Positions 26,001-38,100 of a DNA stretch of 64,000 nt are shown here, piece after piece. Both the position numbers and the translations under genes were made by a program. Location: positions 62,001 to 126,000 of the forward strand of contig OY253674.1 of the NCBI GenBank assembly GCA_958009085.1. The letters run 5' to 3'. The first letter of the stretch is position 1, and each line of letters begins with the position of its first letter. The notes under the pieces were generated by a model. The model was not told the DNA's origin and made no database searches. It saw only the letters and a program-made list of their open reading frames with translations. Source of the stretch: Protoeuglena noctilucae (taxonomy: Eukaryota).

Positions 26001-27994
26001 CGACACGCGTGTTCCGCACCAAGCCCCAAGCGGACGGGCACAACCGGGAGATCCTTGCAGCGTGCTTCTTCGTTGCCAAAGGTGTAGGCGCGGACGGGGC
26101 ACTGCGGGTGGCCACGAGCGCGGGGCTGGGGGGCGACGCTGGGGAGGTCAAAGTGTGGGACGCGAGCGATGGAGCGGGGTGGGCGACGGTGGAGGGCCGA
26201 GGGCATGTCGAGGGCGTGCGTGCGCCGCTGCTGACGCTGCGGAGCGAGGAGACGGGGGGCGTGACAGAGTGGCTGGTGGCGTCGCCCCACGACCACGGAT
26301 TCGTGACCGGCTCGCGCAGCGGGCACGTGATGGGGTGGTCGGCAGTTGGCGAGATGTTGTGGAAGGTGCGGTCGGAGAAACCGCATTTGCGGTTGTTTAC
26401 GCGGAAGGAGACTAAGGTTGAGTTTGACGAGGAGCTGCTGGTGGGGCTTGCCGTCCGAGACGGACACGTGTGCACCGCGGCTCTGGATCGACGCGGCAAG
26501 GCGCTGCATGTTACCCTGTACGAGCAGCCGGACGCTGGAGCAAACGACAGTTCCAGGGAGTCAGAGCTGCAGTGGGAGGGCCGCTGTGAGAACCCCGCCT
26601 GGCCCAAGGCCTTCCGTGGCCGCATGCACCTGTGCATCGATGACCGCCACCGGCCCTACGCTCATGCGCTGTACGCCTGCGCTGCCGGGAGTGCCGGCAT
26701 TGTCCTCGGCGTCGACCTGACGACAGCTAGCGCTGTGCGGACCTTCGCCGAGGTTGACTCCTGCGTCACGCATGCCCTCTCAGCTCGGGGCACGGAGGTG
26801 GGAGTCGCGATGGGGGATGCGTGGGTGGCGGGGTCCAAGTGGCCGACGGTCGAGGACCTGCGGGGGGCGTGGGAGGCCCGGAAGGCTCGGAGCGTTGCCG
26901 CGCCGCGTGCTGAACCGCCAGAGCAGCAAGCCGCGACACTGCTGGCGTCGCTCTCTGTCATGTCCCAGTCGCCGCCGGCGTTGGCACAACAAGCGTCACG
27001 CGAGGGCCGGCGCCTGGTGCGCGAGATGCCCGGGCGCCTGGTGCACGCGGGAGATGCCGAATGCTATGACGTGGCGTTCAGCAGGCGGCGGCCGGGCCTC
27101 ATGGCCACCTCGGGCAAAGACGGTGTCGTGCGCCTGTGGGACATGGCAGACGGGGGCGCAGCGGCGGGGGTGCTCGTGGTGGGGTCCGATCTGCTGTCGG
27201 TGGACTTTGCGTTTTGGGAAGAGGGGAGTGGGGACGTGTTGGCGGTAGGGGGCGCGTCGGGCGTGGCGTGGGTATGGGACGTGGGGGGGTCTTGCGTGCT
27301 GCAGCGGCTGTCGGGCGCCCAGCAGCGCGTCTTCTGCGTGCGGTTCAGCCCTGCTCGGCCGTCTCTGCTCGCGGGCGGCACGGAGGCCGGGGAGCTGGTG
27401 CTATGGGACTGGCCGTCGAATCGCATCGTGCACACCATGCGGGGGCACACAGACTTGGTGCACTGCGTGGCATTCAACTCAGCGGGCGACGTGGTCGCGA
27501 GTGCGGGGCACGACAGCACGGTGCGACTGTGGGACGTGGACAGCGGGGCGCCGCTGCATGTGCTGGCGGAGCACGGGGGGTTCATTTGGGGGTTGGCGTG
27601 GGGTGGGGACGGGACCGGGTTGCTCCTGTCCGGCGGCGGGGACTGGAACCGTCAGGACGGAGGCGACTGCGCCATTCGGGTGTGGGATACTATGGGCGCG
27701 AGGGAGGGGCGTGTGCCGCGTGTCGTGCGGCGCATGCAGGGCTCGGCGACGCGGAGTCTGTCGGGGCTGAGCGTGTCCCCACACGACAGCAACCTGCTGG
27801 CAAGCACGCACTGGGACCAGCGGACGCGGGTGTGGCGCATATCGGATGGGGCGGAGCTGGCGGTGGCGCAGGAGGAGTATCGGAATGGACGGAGGTGGAT
27901 GCGGGCAACGCAGTGGAGCCCCGATGACCCGGGGGTGCTGGTGTCCTGCGGGGGGGACGGTGAGGCGCGGGCGTGGAGGCTAGTGGGCGCGTGA
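17016..27994 (+). CDS. Large NACHT-WD40 STAND (NLR-like) protein, ~13 exons, ~3,200 aa
   Basis: Phase-consistent exon chain. Walker A LALPG|MGKT is split by intron ~22991-23119. Also Walker B VVLIIDAVDE, VRILATSRPE, winged-helix PFHK|SVVDWL and many WD40 repeats (GHTGPVTGVAFSP, GHTDLVHCVAFNS...VRLWD). The 5' exons are less certain than the NACHT-WD part. Confidence 0.85.
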
Positions 27995-28032
27995 CTGCAT
28001 GTTTGCAGGTGTCTTATTGAAGGTCGCAATAT

Positions 28033-29199
28033 TCAAGCGAGCGCATGGTGCTTAGATAAGCTCGAGCAGGGCAAAGAGGTCGCTAGGGATTGCTTGAGGC
28101 ATGGCATGCGGGCGTCAAGAAGGCTTGCATGGGAGCTGCAGGCCGGCATGGCCTCCACAGCCGCGGCCTCAACAAGGGGGGCGTCCAGGTCGACGTCAAA
28201 GCCGAGGTCGACGCACGCATCCTTGTGCTTGGGGTGGAACAGCTCGATGAACTCCCCGATGAGGGACTCCATGTCACTGGCCGGACCAGCGAACGTCGAA
28301 TCGAGAGGCTTAAACCCAACAGAGGCGTCGACCAAATCGCCCCCGTCGTCGGTGACCGCGTTGTCATCGGACGATGTGGGCGTCGATGGGCGGGTGTTGG
28401 GGACCGCCCGCCGCGTCCGTCGGCATCTGCCGGTGGCCCTGGCCCGCTTGGCCGTGTCGCTGGACACCTTCGCCAGTGTCCCGAGGAAGGCATCGGGGGT
28501 GTCTTGGACCGCGGCCTGGACGTGCACGAGGATGAGGCGCAGGAAGTCCCCCAGGCGACGTAGGACCTCCTGGATTGGCACCCCGTCGCGCTTGAGACGC
28601 ATGAGCACCTTGATGTGGTCCAGCTCGCCCGCGTCCGGCTCGACCTGCCCGAGCACGACCTCGGTGAAGAGGTCAGCGGGGACCCCGGCCGCCTCCAGCA
28701 GTGCTGCGAACTCGGAGGTGCGCAGGAACTGCCCGGAGATGCCAGGGAGGTTCGCGTCAGGCAGGAGGGTCTTGGCGGCGAGGTTGACGGCGTTGGCCAG
28801 CGCTCGCCTCAAAGCGGAGGGGGTGCCGCTCTTACCCTGGGCGCGTTCCTGCGCGCGGCACATTTGCGGGAAGGTTGATGCGCCCGGAGTGCCAGCAGGC
28901 CGCTGAAGGGGCGTGCAATGGGGCCTCACCATGCAGCCCTTCAAAATGGTGGACATGCGATCGTAGGACGCCACCAGCACCGCGTGGAGGCACGGCTCGA
29001 GCGGACCCGTCAGTTGCTTGCCAGATCCGTGGTGCTTCTTGACGCCCCCTGCGGCAAGATAAGCGGAGCGGCACTGTTCGGGTGACGTTCGGGTGATGTA
29101 TTATGTTGGGTACGTCAGAGACTCGAGGGAAGCGGCCCCTAGCAAAGCACCTGAGACCGCGAGGGCCCGCGGGGCACGTTTAGTCGATGAACGTGCCAT
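28033..29199 (-). CDS. Orphan protein with a histone H3-tail-like N-terminus and an acidic C-terminal region
   Basis: Exon 29199-29151 (MARSSTKRAPRALAVS), intron 29150-29049, then GGVKKHHGSGKQL... in frame with the long GC3-rich ORF ending at 28033. Confidence 0.7.
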
Positions 29200-29502
29200 A
29201 TTTGCGCGTCAATTGCTCCCGGTTTGGTCTCAGAAGCTCGGAATCCTGTGCACGACGGGGCCGGCGCGGCCCTTATGACGCCGCGGAGCGCAGCCGGGGC
29301 CGCTCCCGGTCGCACCCAGCCGGTCCCGGACGCACCCGGCATCGGTCCCCAGTCACAGATTCGCAAATTTCATTGCTTTAACTTTTAAATGAATGGTCTT
29401 TCGCCTACTCTGGACACCAGCCATGCGAGCGGCAGGCTGCATCCCTCTAGTCGTCTAGACGCCATGCTCTTCTAAATCAGCGACTCTTTTCCGCACCGTA
29501 TG

Positions 29503-30741
29503 CTATCCTGGACCCCCGCCAGCCCCCATCCGCCGCGCCCGCCGCGCCCGGCGCGCCTGACATTCCACCATCGCCTTCACGCCCGCCCGCGCCGCCGCCT
29601 GCGCCTCTGCCGTCCGCCGCCGCAACTCCGCCACCTGGGGCAGCTCGTTCAGCGTCCGTGTCGCAGGAATCTGTGGCGAGAAGACGCAGGATTGGCAAGG
29701 ACCAGCAACATCACGTCCGTGCATGCAGCCAAATGCGCAAGAATCGCCCGCGCCCTCTTCGCCCTCTTACCTTGCGCGCCATTTCGCGGATGGCCGTCTG
29801 CAGGTCGTGCAAGAATTGTCGGTCGCTCTTCGCCCGCGCCTCCACGGCCTGCCGGAGCGGCAGCACGGCCACCGACGCCCCCTCCTGCACCGCAGCCACC
29901 GCCTCCGCCACCGCCTTCTGCAGCTCCTCGGCACGGCGCAGCCCGTCGAGCACGAACCCCAAGAACTCTCGGACGAGGAGAAAGGGCGCGTCCGACGCAG
30001 ACCTGCGCGTCACAACATAGCACGGCACATCTTGGGATGGATGGCCATGTCATCCCATGTTCCAACACATCCCGTCGCAATGAGTCAGGCATCCCTCCCC
30101 ACTTCTTACCGATCGAGCATGGCCGCCAGCTCGGCTCCCACTGGGATCGGGAGGCGCGCTGCCCTTGAGCTGCCAGGCGAGTCTGGCATATCCGGCCACT
30201 CCTCCGCGCCGGGCCCTTCCATCTCCGCAAACGCCCCTTCCTCCTCTCCTTGCGTGCCCCCTCGCTCGCCACCCCCGCCCATCCCTGGTGCTGCAGCCAG
30301 CGCCTCCAGCAATGCGGCCTGCACCCCACGCCCACTCCCCATCCCTTCCCCTTCTTCACCCACTGCCACCTCCCGTCCATTCGTCTCCACCGCGTCCCCA
30401 CCCGCACCCCCTCCACAGCCCTCCCTGTCACTATCCCCCCCCACAACGTCCCCCACCCGTCGCCTGGCTCCCCTCTGGGCCTGCGTCACACCCCTCGGCA
30501 GCGACGCACCCTGGCTGCCCCGCTGCTCCGTCGCAGAGCCAGCAACCCCAACTGAGCTGGCCGCCTCCACACCCCACTCCGTTGCCGCTTGGCGAGGCGT
30601 GTCGGAGACCCGCCCGCGGCTGCCGAGGTCGATGATATTAGGCTCATCGATATTCGTGCCAACCACTCCCTCGTCGGCGCTTCGCCCCGAAGTGCTGGGG
30701 CTGAAAAATGCATCCATGAAGGCCTCCTCGTCTGCCGCCAT
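29503..30741 (-). CDS. Hypothetical protein: disordered acidic N-terminus and helical/coiled-coil C-terminus, 3 exons
   Basis: MAADEEAFMDAFFSPS...LAAMLDR|SASDAPFLLVREFLGF...AIREMARK|IPATRTLNELPQVAELRRR..., with GTAAGA donors and consistent phases. Confidence 0.6.
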
Positions 30742-31142
30742 CTCGACCGGTCGCCAGCCCGGCTCCGGCACCCAAGGTCAACCATTCATGCGGGGGAAGG
30801 CCGGCCCCGGGCCGGGGCGCTCTCGGCTAGGAGGGAGAGGCAGTGCAGCGTGATTTAGCAGCATACACCGCATAGCGGTGTCACGTGCGATGCCCACCAA
30901 GACCTAATGGCGCACAGTCTCTGCAAAGAGGTGCGTTGAGGTGGCGGCTTGCAGCAAGACGCGGATCAAACACCGCCGACTGGCGCCCCCCGTGTCTGAC
31001 GGACTAAGGCGCTTAGACGCTCGGCGCTCAGCATTTTGCGTGGTATCCATCGTGACGATCGCCGGTCGACGGAGCCACATTTTGCTCGCGGGCTCCTCGG
31101 TGGTGGAGACTCGTGGACCCTGTCGAGCACTCGAGAGCAGAG

Positions 31143-32216
31143 ATGCGCCGGCTCGCGTGCCAAGCTCAGCGTGCTATCGGGCTCATCAGCGCAAGCATCA
31201 CAACTAGCTTGTCGGGGAGCGCTCTCCCGGGCATATGCGCGCTGCCTGCCGTGACAGCGAATGCAGGGGAGGCGGGGTGGCCGCGGAACGTCGCCTCCGA
31301 GGCCGGGACGTCGAGCAGATGCGAGTCGGGGGAAATAAGATGCTGGAAGTGCGGGCAGGGCGGCCTCCACGGCCACCATCGCGGGGGATTCTTTTGCGCA
31401 GAGTGCGGCGCCATCCGGTGCGGAGCCCGCCGTCACCGCTCTGAGGCGCGGCGCCTTGCACTTCTTCTCTTCTCGAAACGGGTGTCTTTGACGACCCCGC
31501 CGCCCCCTCATCGCCCCCAGGTCCGTCTCGATGGCGCAGGACCTGTTCGCCCTCCTGGGCCTGGGCGCGCCGCGCTATCGGTTGGACCCGCGGGAGCTAG
31601 ACCTGGCGTTCCGGAAGCTGCAGTTCGAGCTGCATCCAGACCGATTCACGGGAGCGCCGGAGCGGGAGCGCCAGCTGTCCGAGAGCGCCTCGAGCCTGGT
31701 GAACAAGGCGTACGCGACGCTGCGGAGCCCCCTGCTGCGCGCGCAGTATCTGCTGCGTCAGAGGGGCATCGAGACGGACACGGAGGTGACGAGAGCCGCG
31801 CAGTGCGGGGCATGCGCGCTGCGTTAGCTGGCCGAGAATGTCGGGACCGAGCCGTGGCTTGTGATGCTGCATCCCCCAGGGGACAATCGAAGACCCAGAG
31901 CTGCTGATGGAGATGATGGAGATGCGAGAGGAGGTGGAGGCGGAGGGTGACCCGGGGCGGCTGCGGGAAATGAAGGAGCAGGCAGCAAAGCGACAGGCGA
32001 GGCAATGCTCAAACCATTGTAACCAAAACTGCCTGGCCTCGGGGCTCATGTCACGCTCTGGTTACCTGCTACCGCGTCGCGCAGGGTGAGCTGGAGGAGA
32101 GCATTGGGCGCGCTTTTGATGAGGAGGACTTGTCACACGCACAAGCGCTGGTGGTGCGGCTCATCTACCTGTCGCGGGCTGCCGAGGAGCTCCTCCAGAA
32201 GGCACCGCACGAGTGA
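31143..32216 (+). CDS. HSCB: Fe-S cluster co-chaperone HscB/HSC20, mitochondrial type, 4 exons
   Basis: CWKC...FFCAECGAI tetracysteine domain, J-domain LQFELHPDRF, VNKAYATLRSPLLRAQYLL and DPELLMEMMEMREEVE. Confidence 0.93.
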
Positions 32217-32394
32217 AGGGCGGGGCATCGTTGCCGATGCTGTCTTGTGATAGTAAGCGCATTCAATTCAACAATCACACAGCACGATTGGAGGCCCGTG
32301 CGCGGCGAGCGGTCAGCCAGCGCCGGGTCGAGTGCGGAAAAGAGGAGTCCGGGAGAACAGGGGCGCTGCTGGCGCCGGCTGTGCTGCGTCGGGG

Positions 32395-34511
32395 CTAGAC
32401 GGTGGGCACGGCCACGCGCCCCAGGGCGTGCATCACGATCCGCGCCAGGTCGCCTAAGGCACGGAGAGCGAAGGAGCCGAGGGAGAGTACGACGACGCCG
32501 AGGGCGCTGAAGGCGGGCATTTGGCTCGTGCGGCACGTGATGCGCTCGAGCAGGCGCGCCCCGGGAAGCTGCTCCCACACGGGGCGCATCTCAGGGCACG
32601 CGTCCGGGATCTGGGGGAACGAGGGAGAGCCGCGTGGCGTCAGGAGAGGGGAGCGGCAACGCGAGAGGCGCAGGAGAGGGGTTATGAGGGCGACGCACCT
32701 CGCTGGCGGGTCCCTCCACATCCCGGCCCCCGAGCTCGTGGGCGCGCGGGAGGTGGCCGCAGTGCCCGTGAGCCTGGAGATGAGACTGGATGGCGAGCTC
32801 GCGGACGCTGCGCGGGAGAGCGGGGAGAAGGGTTTTGCACAGATCTCGTCACTGCCGCTGGGTCGACAGCAACCCGGTGCGTGGAGCCGCCAACGCGTGC
32901 ACCTGTCGTAGAGCTCGTCCACGTAGGCCCGCAGCACCTCCTTCCACGTCGGTGCGGGCTCCGGCGAGGCGTCGGGCAGCGCGCTGGTCGCCACCGCGAG
33001 CCGCGTCGGGGCGGCGGCCGCGGCAGCCCCCATCACCGCGGACTCCTCCCGCGCTGCGCCCCGTCGGACCGGCGCCGCCGCGGCTGGGGCAGCGGCCCTT
33101 GCGGGGCCGTCGTCGGCCTGGGCGGGCGGGGCGTGGGGCGGGCCGAACCGCACCCTCACGCCGTGCCGTATAGGCACCACGCGGAGCTTGGGCAGCGCCA
33201 TGTTGGTGCCGAGGACGTGCGCGGGCACCACGGGCGCCCCCAGCTTGGCCGCCAGGTACCCGATCCCCGTCTTGAATCGCCGCATCTGGCCGCTCCGTGA
33301 CCGCGTGCCCTCGGGAAACATCACCACGGCGGCGGGGTTGTCCGCGGAGCACGAGGCCATGAGATCCAGCATCACGTCCACGTCCTTCTGCGGCACGCGG
33401 CCGGGCGGGGGTCTACGTGAGTGGGGCGCCCTTCGCGATGCTTAGCAGCGTCGTCGCCGTTCCCGGCTCTCGCACGACTTGGCGGGCTTTGCCGCGGCAC
33501 CCGGCGGCTTTCACCTGCGTAAAGCCTTTGCGGGAGATGGGGATGACGCACATGAAACGCGTGACGAACCAGCGGATGAAGGGGTTGGGCCAAAAGTAGT
33601 CCTTGGCCCCCAGGGCGTAGACCTTGCGCACCCCCGCGCGCATGAGGCCCACGTATAGTGCAGACGTGTCCAGGTGCGACTGGTGATTGGACGCAACGAT
33701 GAAGAGCGGGACGCCCTTGGGCAGGTTGTCGCTCCCCGCAGTGTCCTGCGAGGGACGCCGAACGAGCGCGTTCGGGGCCGGGAGGGGACGTCCCCGCGCT
33801 GCAGCCGGGTCCATCCTTGCACCAGCTCGGCGCGGCAGACGCCCGGTGAAGAACGCGGCGCGTTCTTTCGAAATTGAGCCCGAGAACAGCCGCGTCTCGC
33901 GCCGTCCCCTCCGGATAGATAGTGGGGATCGCAAGCGCGGACGAGGAAGATCAAGCATCCGAAAAAACGTGACATGCGAGCGGCGGGGCGTGAGTGGCTC
34001 GGCAGGGAGAAAATGCTTCCCCAAGCCCGGGGCAAAAGGCCCTCGCCTCCCCCGCGCACGCGACCTCCCGGGCTCCCGCATCCACGCTACAATGACCCTC
34101 GCCTGCATCAGCCACTCCTCGTGGAACCACATCGCGAATCGCATGAAGAGCCTGCGGGCATTACGGGGAAGGGCCCGTCTGCGCCCGCGCAACCGGTTGG
34201 CGGGGCGTCCGTTGCACGCAATGTGCAATATAAAAGGCAGCGGAGATGGTCTTGCCAGGAACCTCGCCTGTACAGAGCCGTTTCGCGCCCAATGGGCTCC
34301 CCTGCCACCCGAAAGTCCCCGGCGCCCGGCTGGGAGCGGCGCCCTCCCCACCCCGTTCCGCGCGACCGTTTCCCGACTCGCGCGCACACATCGCGCCCTC
34401 CCCGGCGGTGCAGCGACGGCTCCTCCCGGCTGGCGCTGGAGCTGGCCGAGTGCCCGCTATAGGCCCGCGCATCCGGGGGGAAGGAGCCGTCCGCGACCGC
34501 GCCCCCGACAT
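32395..34511 (-). CDS. PlsC-family glycerolipid (lysophosphatidate) acyltransferase, spliced; start uncertain
   Basis: Catalytic NHQSHLD, plus GAKDYFW, FPEGTRSRSG, FKTGIG and PVVPAHVLG. C-terminal hydrophobic helix. Exons upstream of ~34150 are unresolved. Confidence 0.85.
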
Positions 34512-35142
34512 GACGAGTTGCGGTTGCGACCGCAGGCGCGGCCCTCCAGCGCGGGGCTGGCAGGCCGCTCGCGGGGGCCCGGATGGCGCAATGTGCCGCC
34601 GCGGCGTGGCCAGGCGGGCGTCCCCTCCCGCACGCAATCATCTGCACATGCTATCCCCGAATCGTCCAGCGCGCTCGCGCCCCCGCGGGGCAGATTCCCG
34701 CCGCGCGCCACCGAAAAAGGGGGTCGGGCGCTGCCTGCGGGATCCTTCGGAACTGATGTGGGGTAATTTGCAGTTTGGGAGGGCTGGATCCGACCCACGA
34801 CTGCCCGATCGCGAGTTTTTTTGGGTGCCAGAACCTAGGCCTGGCGGGCGGGTCCCTCGCACGCATCTCGCCCCGGCGCGGCTCCCCGCCGCAGATATTG
34901 ACCCCCTGTGCCTCCGTGCCCGCGCGAAGGCGGTCGCGAGTCGTGGCATCCCGCCCATCGCCGGTGTCCCCTCGCGCCTGTGCAGCACCCAAACCCCCGG
35001 CGCCCTAGCCGTCCGGGGCGCCCTTAGTTGCGCGCAGCGGGTTCTACGGGGTCTACCGAGGGGAGACCTGCCGCTGGGGGCAGTGGATTTCGCCGAGCTC
35101 AGCGCGGGGGCTGCCGTCTCCGAACTGGGGCTCTGAAGCGCC

Positions 35143-38100
35143 ATGGCAGCCGCGGCTCAGCCCATCCAGGCCCGGGAGGTGGCCTCGGTGAGTACTTCTA
35201 GCTTTATTCGAGGAGTGCCGACGCTCTTGGGGCGGAATCGCTTTCCCGCGCGCCTAGGGGGCGGGTCGTTGCACGGGGAGGCCCGCCTGCGGGGGAAGCG
35301 GCCCTCTTAGCCGCATCCATCGCTGCTGCGGGACCATCCCGTCAACGCATCGCCCCCGCGGTGCGCCCCGCGCGCCCCCGCGCGCGTCTGGCGGGGGCTC
35401 GACCCCTCCCCGGGCCGCATGGCCGCTCTCGCGCGTCCTGCGGGCGCGCGGGGTGCGCTCCGGGCGTTTTTTCTCGCCTGATCTGCGTTGGGCGGGGCGT
35501 TTGTCCCGCCGTGACTCCCGAGTCGCGCCATCGCCCGGGCCCTGGGGCCCAGCCTAGCACATCCGTTTTTTGGCGCACATCGGCCGCCCGTGCCCGCGCG
35601 GGCGCCGCTGGCGGCGCGTTGGGGCCTTGCGCTCTCTGCGCCGGCCGCCCGCGGGCCGCGGGGGCGGCCTCTGCGCCAACGCGTGGGTCCGTGCAGCTGT
35701 TAGCATAACTACTGCCCTCCCGCGCCCCTGCGCCCGCGCGGCGCCCCGGGCCGCCCGCCGTCGTGTCTGTGCGGCATAGAGTCCCGCTTGCCGCCGGATC
35801 CACGCGCCAGGGCCCCGAGCCCGCCCCCTCCCGCCTGCCCCCGCAGCTGGTTGCGGCGGGCATTGGCCAGCAGTACACGGCCTTCCCGAACGTCACGATG
35901 GAGTCCGACAGCTGTATTTGCGTCCGTGAGGTGAGTTGGAGCTCTCCACTGCCCGCACGCCGCGCCCGGCCGGCCGCGCGCGCCACGACATCTCGCCCGC
36001 TCCCCGTGCCCCCAGACCGAGGAGAAGCGCCTGGCCGTGGTGGACCTGGCGAACCCGACGGCGCCGAACAGGCGCCCGATGCAGGCCGACTCGGTCATCC
36101 GCCACCCCAAGCGCGACGTGCTGGCCGTGAAGCTCTTCGCGAACGGCACCGAGACCCTTCAGATCTTCGACCTGGCCAGCAAGCAGAAGCTCAAGGCGCA
36201 CGCGCTGGGGGAGCAGGTCGCGCTGTGGAAGTGGGTCAACGACGAGCAGATCGGCCTCGTCACGCTCAACGCCGTGTACCACTGGGACTTGGCGGGGGAC
36301 GCGGCCCCCGTCAAGGTCTTTGACCGGGCGCCCAACCTGGCCAGCACCCAGGTCATCTCGTACAAGGTGTCGCCGGACCGCAAGTGGTGCGTGCTCATCG
36401 GCATCGCGGCCGGCGCCCCCGAGCACCCCGCCCTCGTCAAGGGGCAGATGCAGCTGTGGTCAGTCGAGCAGCAGCGCACCCAGGCGCTCGACGCGCACGC
36501 CGCGGCCTTCGCGGCCGTCAAGCTGCCCGGCAAGGACCAGCCGTCGACGCTCATCGCCTTCGCCCAGAAGACCTTCGTCAACGGGGCCATCAACTCCAAG
36601 CTCCACATCATCGAGCTCGGCGCCCCGGGCGGCGGCGCGCCCCTCAAGAAGCAGCAGGAGCTCTTCTTCCCCCCGGAGGTGACATTCATCTGAGATGCGC
36701 AGATGTAGTGGGGAACGCGGGCGGATGCTGTGCCGCGGTGCAACAGCATGTGGGGTTGTGCCTGCTTGTTGCGGTGCGTGCTGCATGTCGCTTTCACATG
36801 ACCATGTGATGGTGCAAGCTCAGCCCCCCCCACCCGCCACGCCCCCGCAGTTCGACGACGACTTCCCCGTGGCGCTTCACATCGCCCAGCCGCACCAGCT
36901 GGTGTACGCCGTGACCAAGCTGGGCCTGGTGTTTGTGTACGACCTCACGACGGGCACTGCCATCTTCCGCAACCGCTTCTCCCAGCAGCCCGTCTTCCTG
37001 TGCCAGGACTCGTCGCAGGGCGGCGTGCTCGCGCTGAACCGCGCGGGGCAGGTGCACCTGCTGACCGTCAACGACGCCGCGATCGTCCCGTACCTCGCCA
37101 CGACCCTCAACGCCCCCGAGGTGGCCCTCGACCTCGCCCGCCGCGCCAACCTCCCCGGCGCCGACCAGATGGCCGTGCAGCACTTCGAGCGCCTGCTGTC
37201 CGCCGGGCAGTACAAGGAGGCCGCGGAGCTGGCCGCGGAGTCCCCCAAGGGCATCCTGCGTACCGAGCAGGTCGTGAACCGGCTCAAGCTGGTGCAGGCG
37301 CAGCCGCCCCCGCTGCTCCAGTACTTCGGGCTGCTGCTCAGCAAGTACAACCTGAACGCGTTCGAGTCGGTGGAGCTCGCCTCGCTGGTGCTGCAGCAGG
37401 GCAAGAAGCACCTGCTCGTCAAGTGGTTCGAGGACGGCAAGCTGACGTCCAGCGAGCGCCTGGGCGACGTGCTGGCGCAGTCGGGCGACAACGACATGGC
37501 GCTGCAGTGCTACCAGAAGGCGGGGTCGTCAGGCAAGGTCGTGACGCTCCTGGCGGCCAAGGGCGACTTCCAGCAGCTGGTCGCCTACACGGGCCAGACG
37601 GGCACGACCCCCGACTACCTGTACCTCCTCCAGGTGCTCATGAAGGACAACCCACAGGGGGCCGTCAACCTTGCCAAGCAGATCTGCAAGCAGACGTGAG
37701 TGACGGGGAGGGGGTTGGGTGGCGGCTGTGCATGTTGCCACGGTACACGCGCTGTAGGGTGCATGGCGCGCGTCTTGCACTGTCCAGTCCCACACTGTTC
37801 CACTGGTGTTTCCGCTCATCTCCACGTCAGTCGTTTTCATCGCATCATGATTATCACCCCCCGCAGCCCCCAGCCGGTGCCGACCAACACGATCGCCGAG
37901 CTCTTCCTGCAACGCAACATGGTCCGGGAGGCCACGGCGTTCCTGCTTGAGGCGCTCGAGGGCGACCGCGCCGAGGACGCACCCCTTCAGACCAAGGTCA
38001 TCGAGATCAACCTTATCACGAACCCCCAGGTCGCCGACGCGATTTTGGCGGCCGAGCGCTTCACGCACTACGACCGCCCCCGCGTGGCGCAGCTGTGCGA

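Noticed and set aside
28033..29199. Possible CENH3 or H3 variant
   Set aside because: No histone-fold motifs follow the tail-like segment.
29395..29415. TCTTTCGCCT and ACTCTGG, reminiscent of U5 snRNA
   Set aside because: The invariant loop GCCTTTTAC is absent and the order is wrong.
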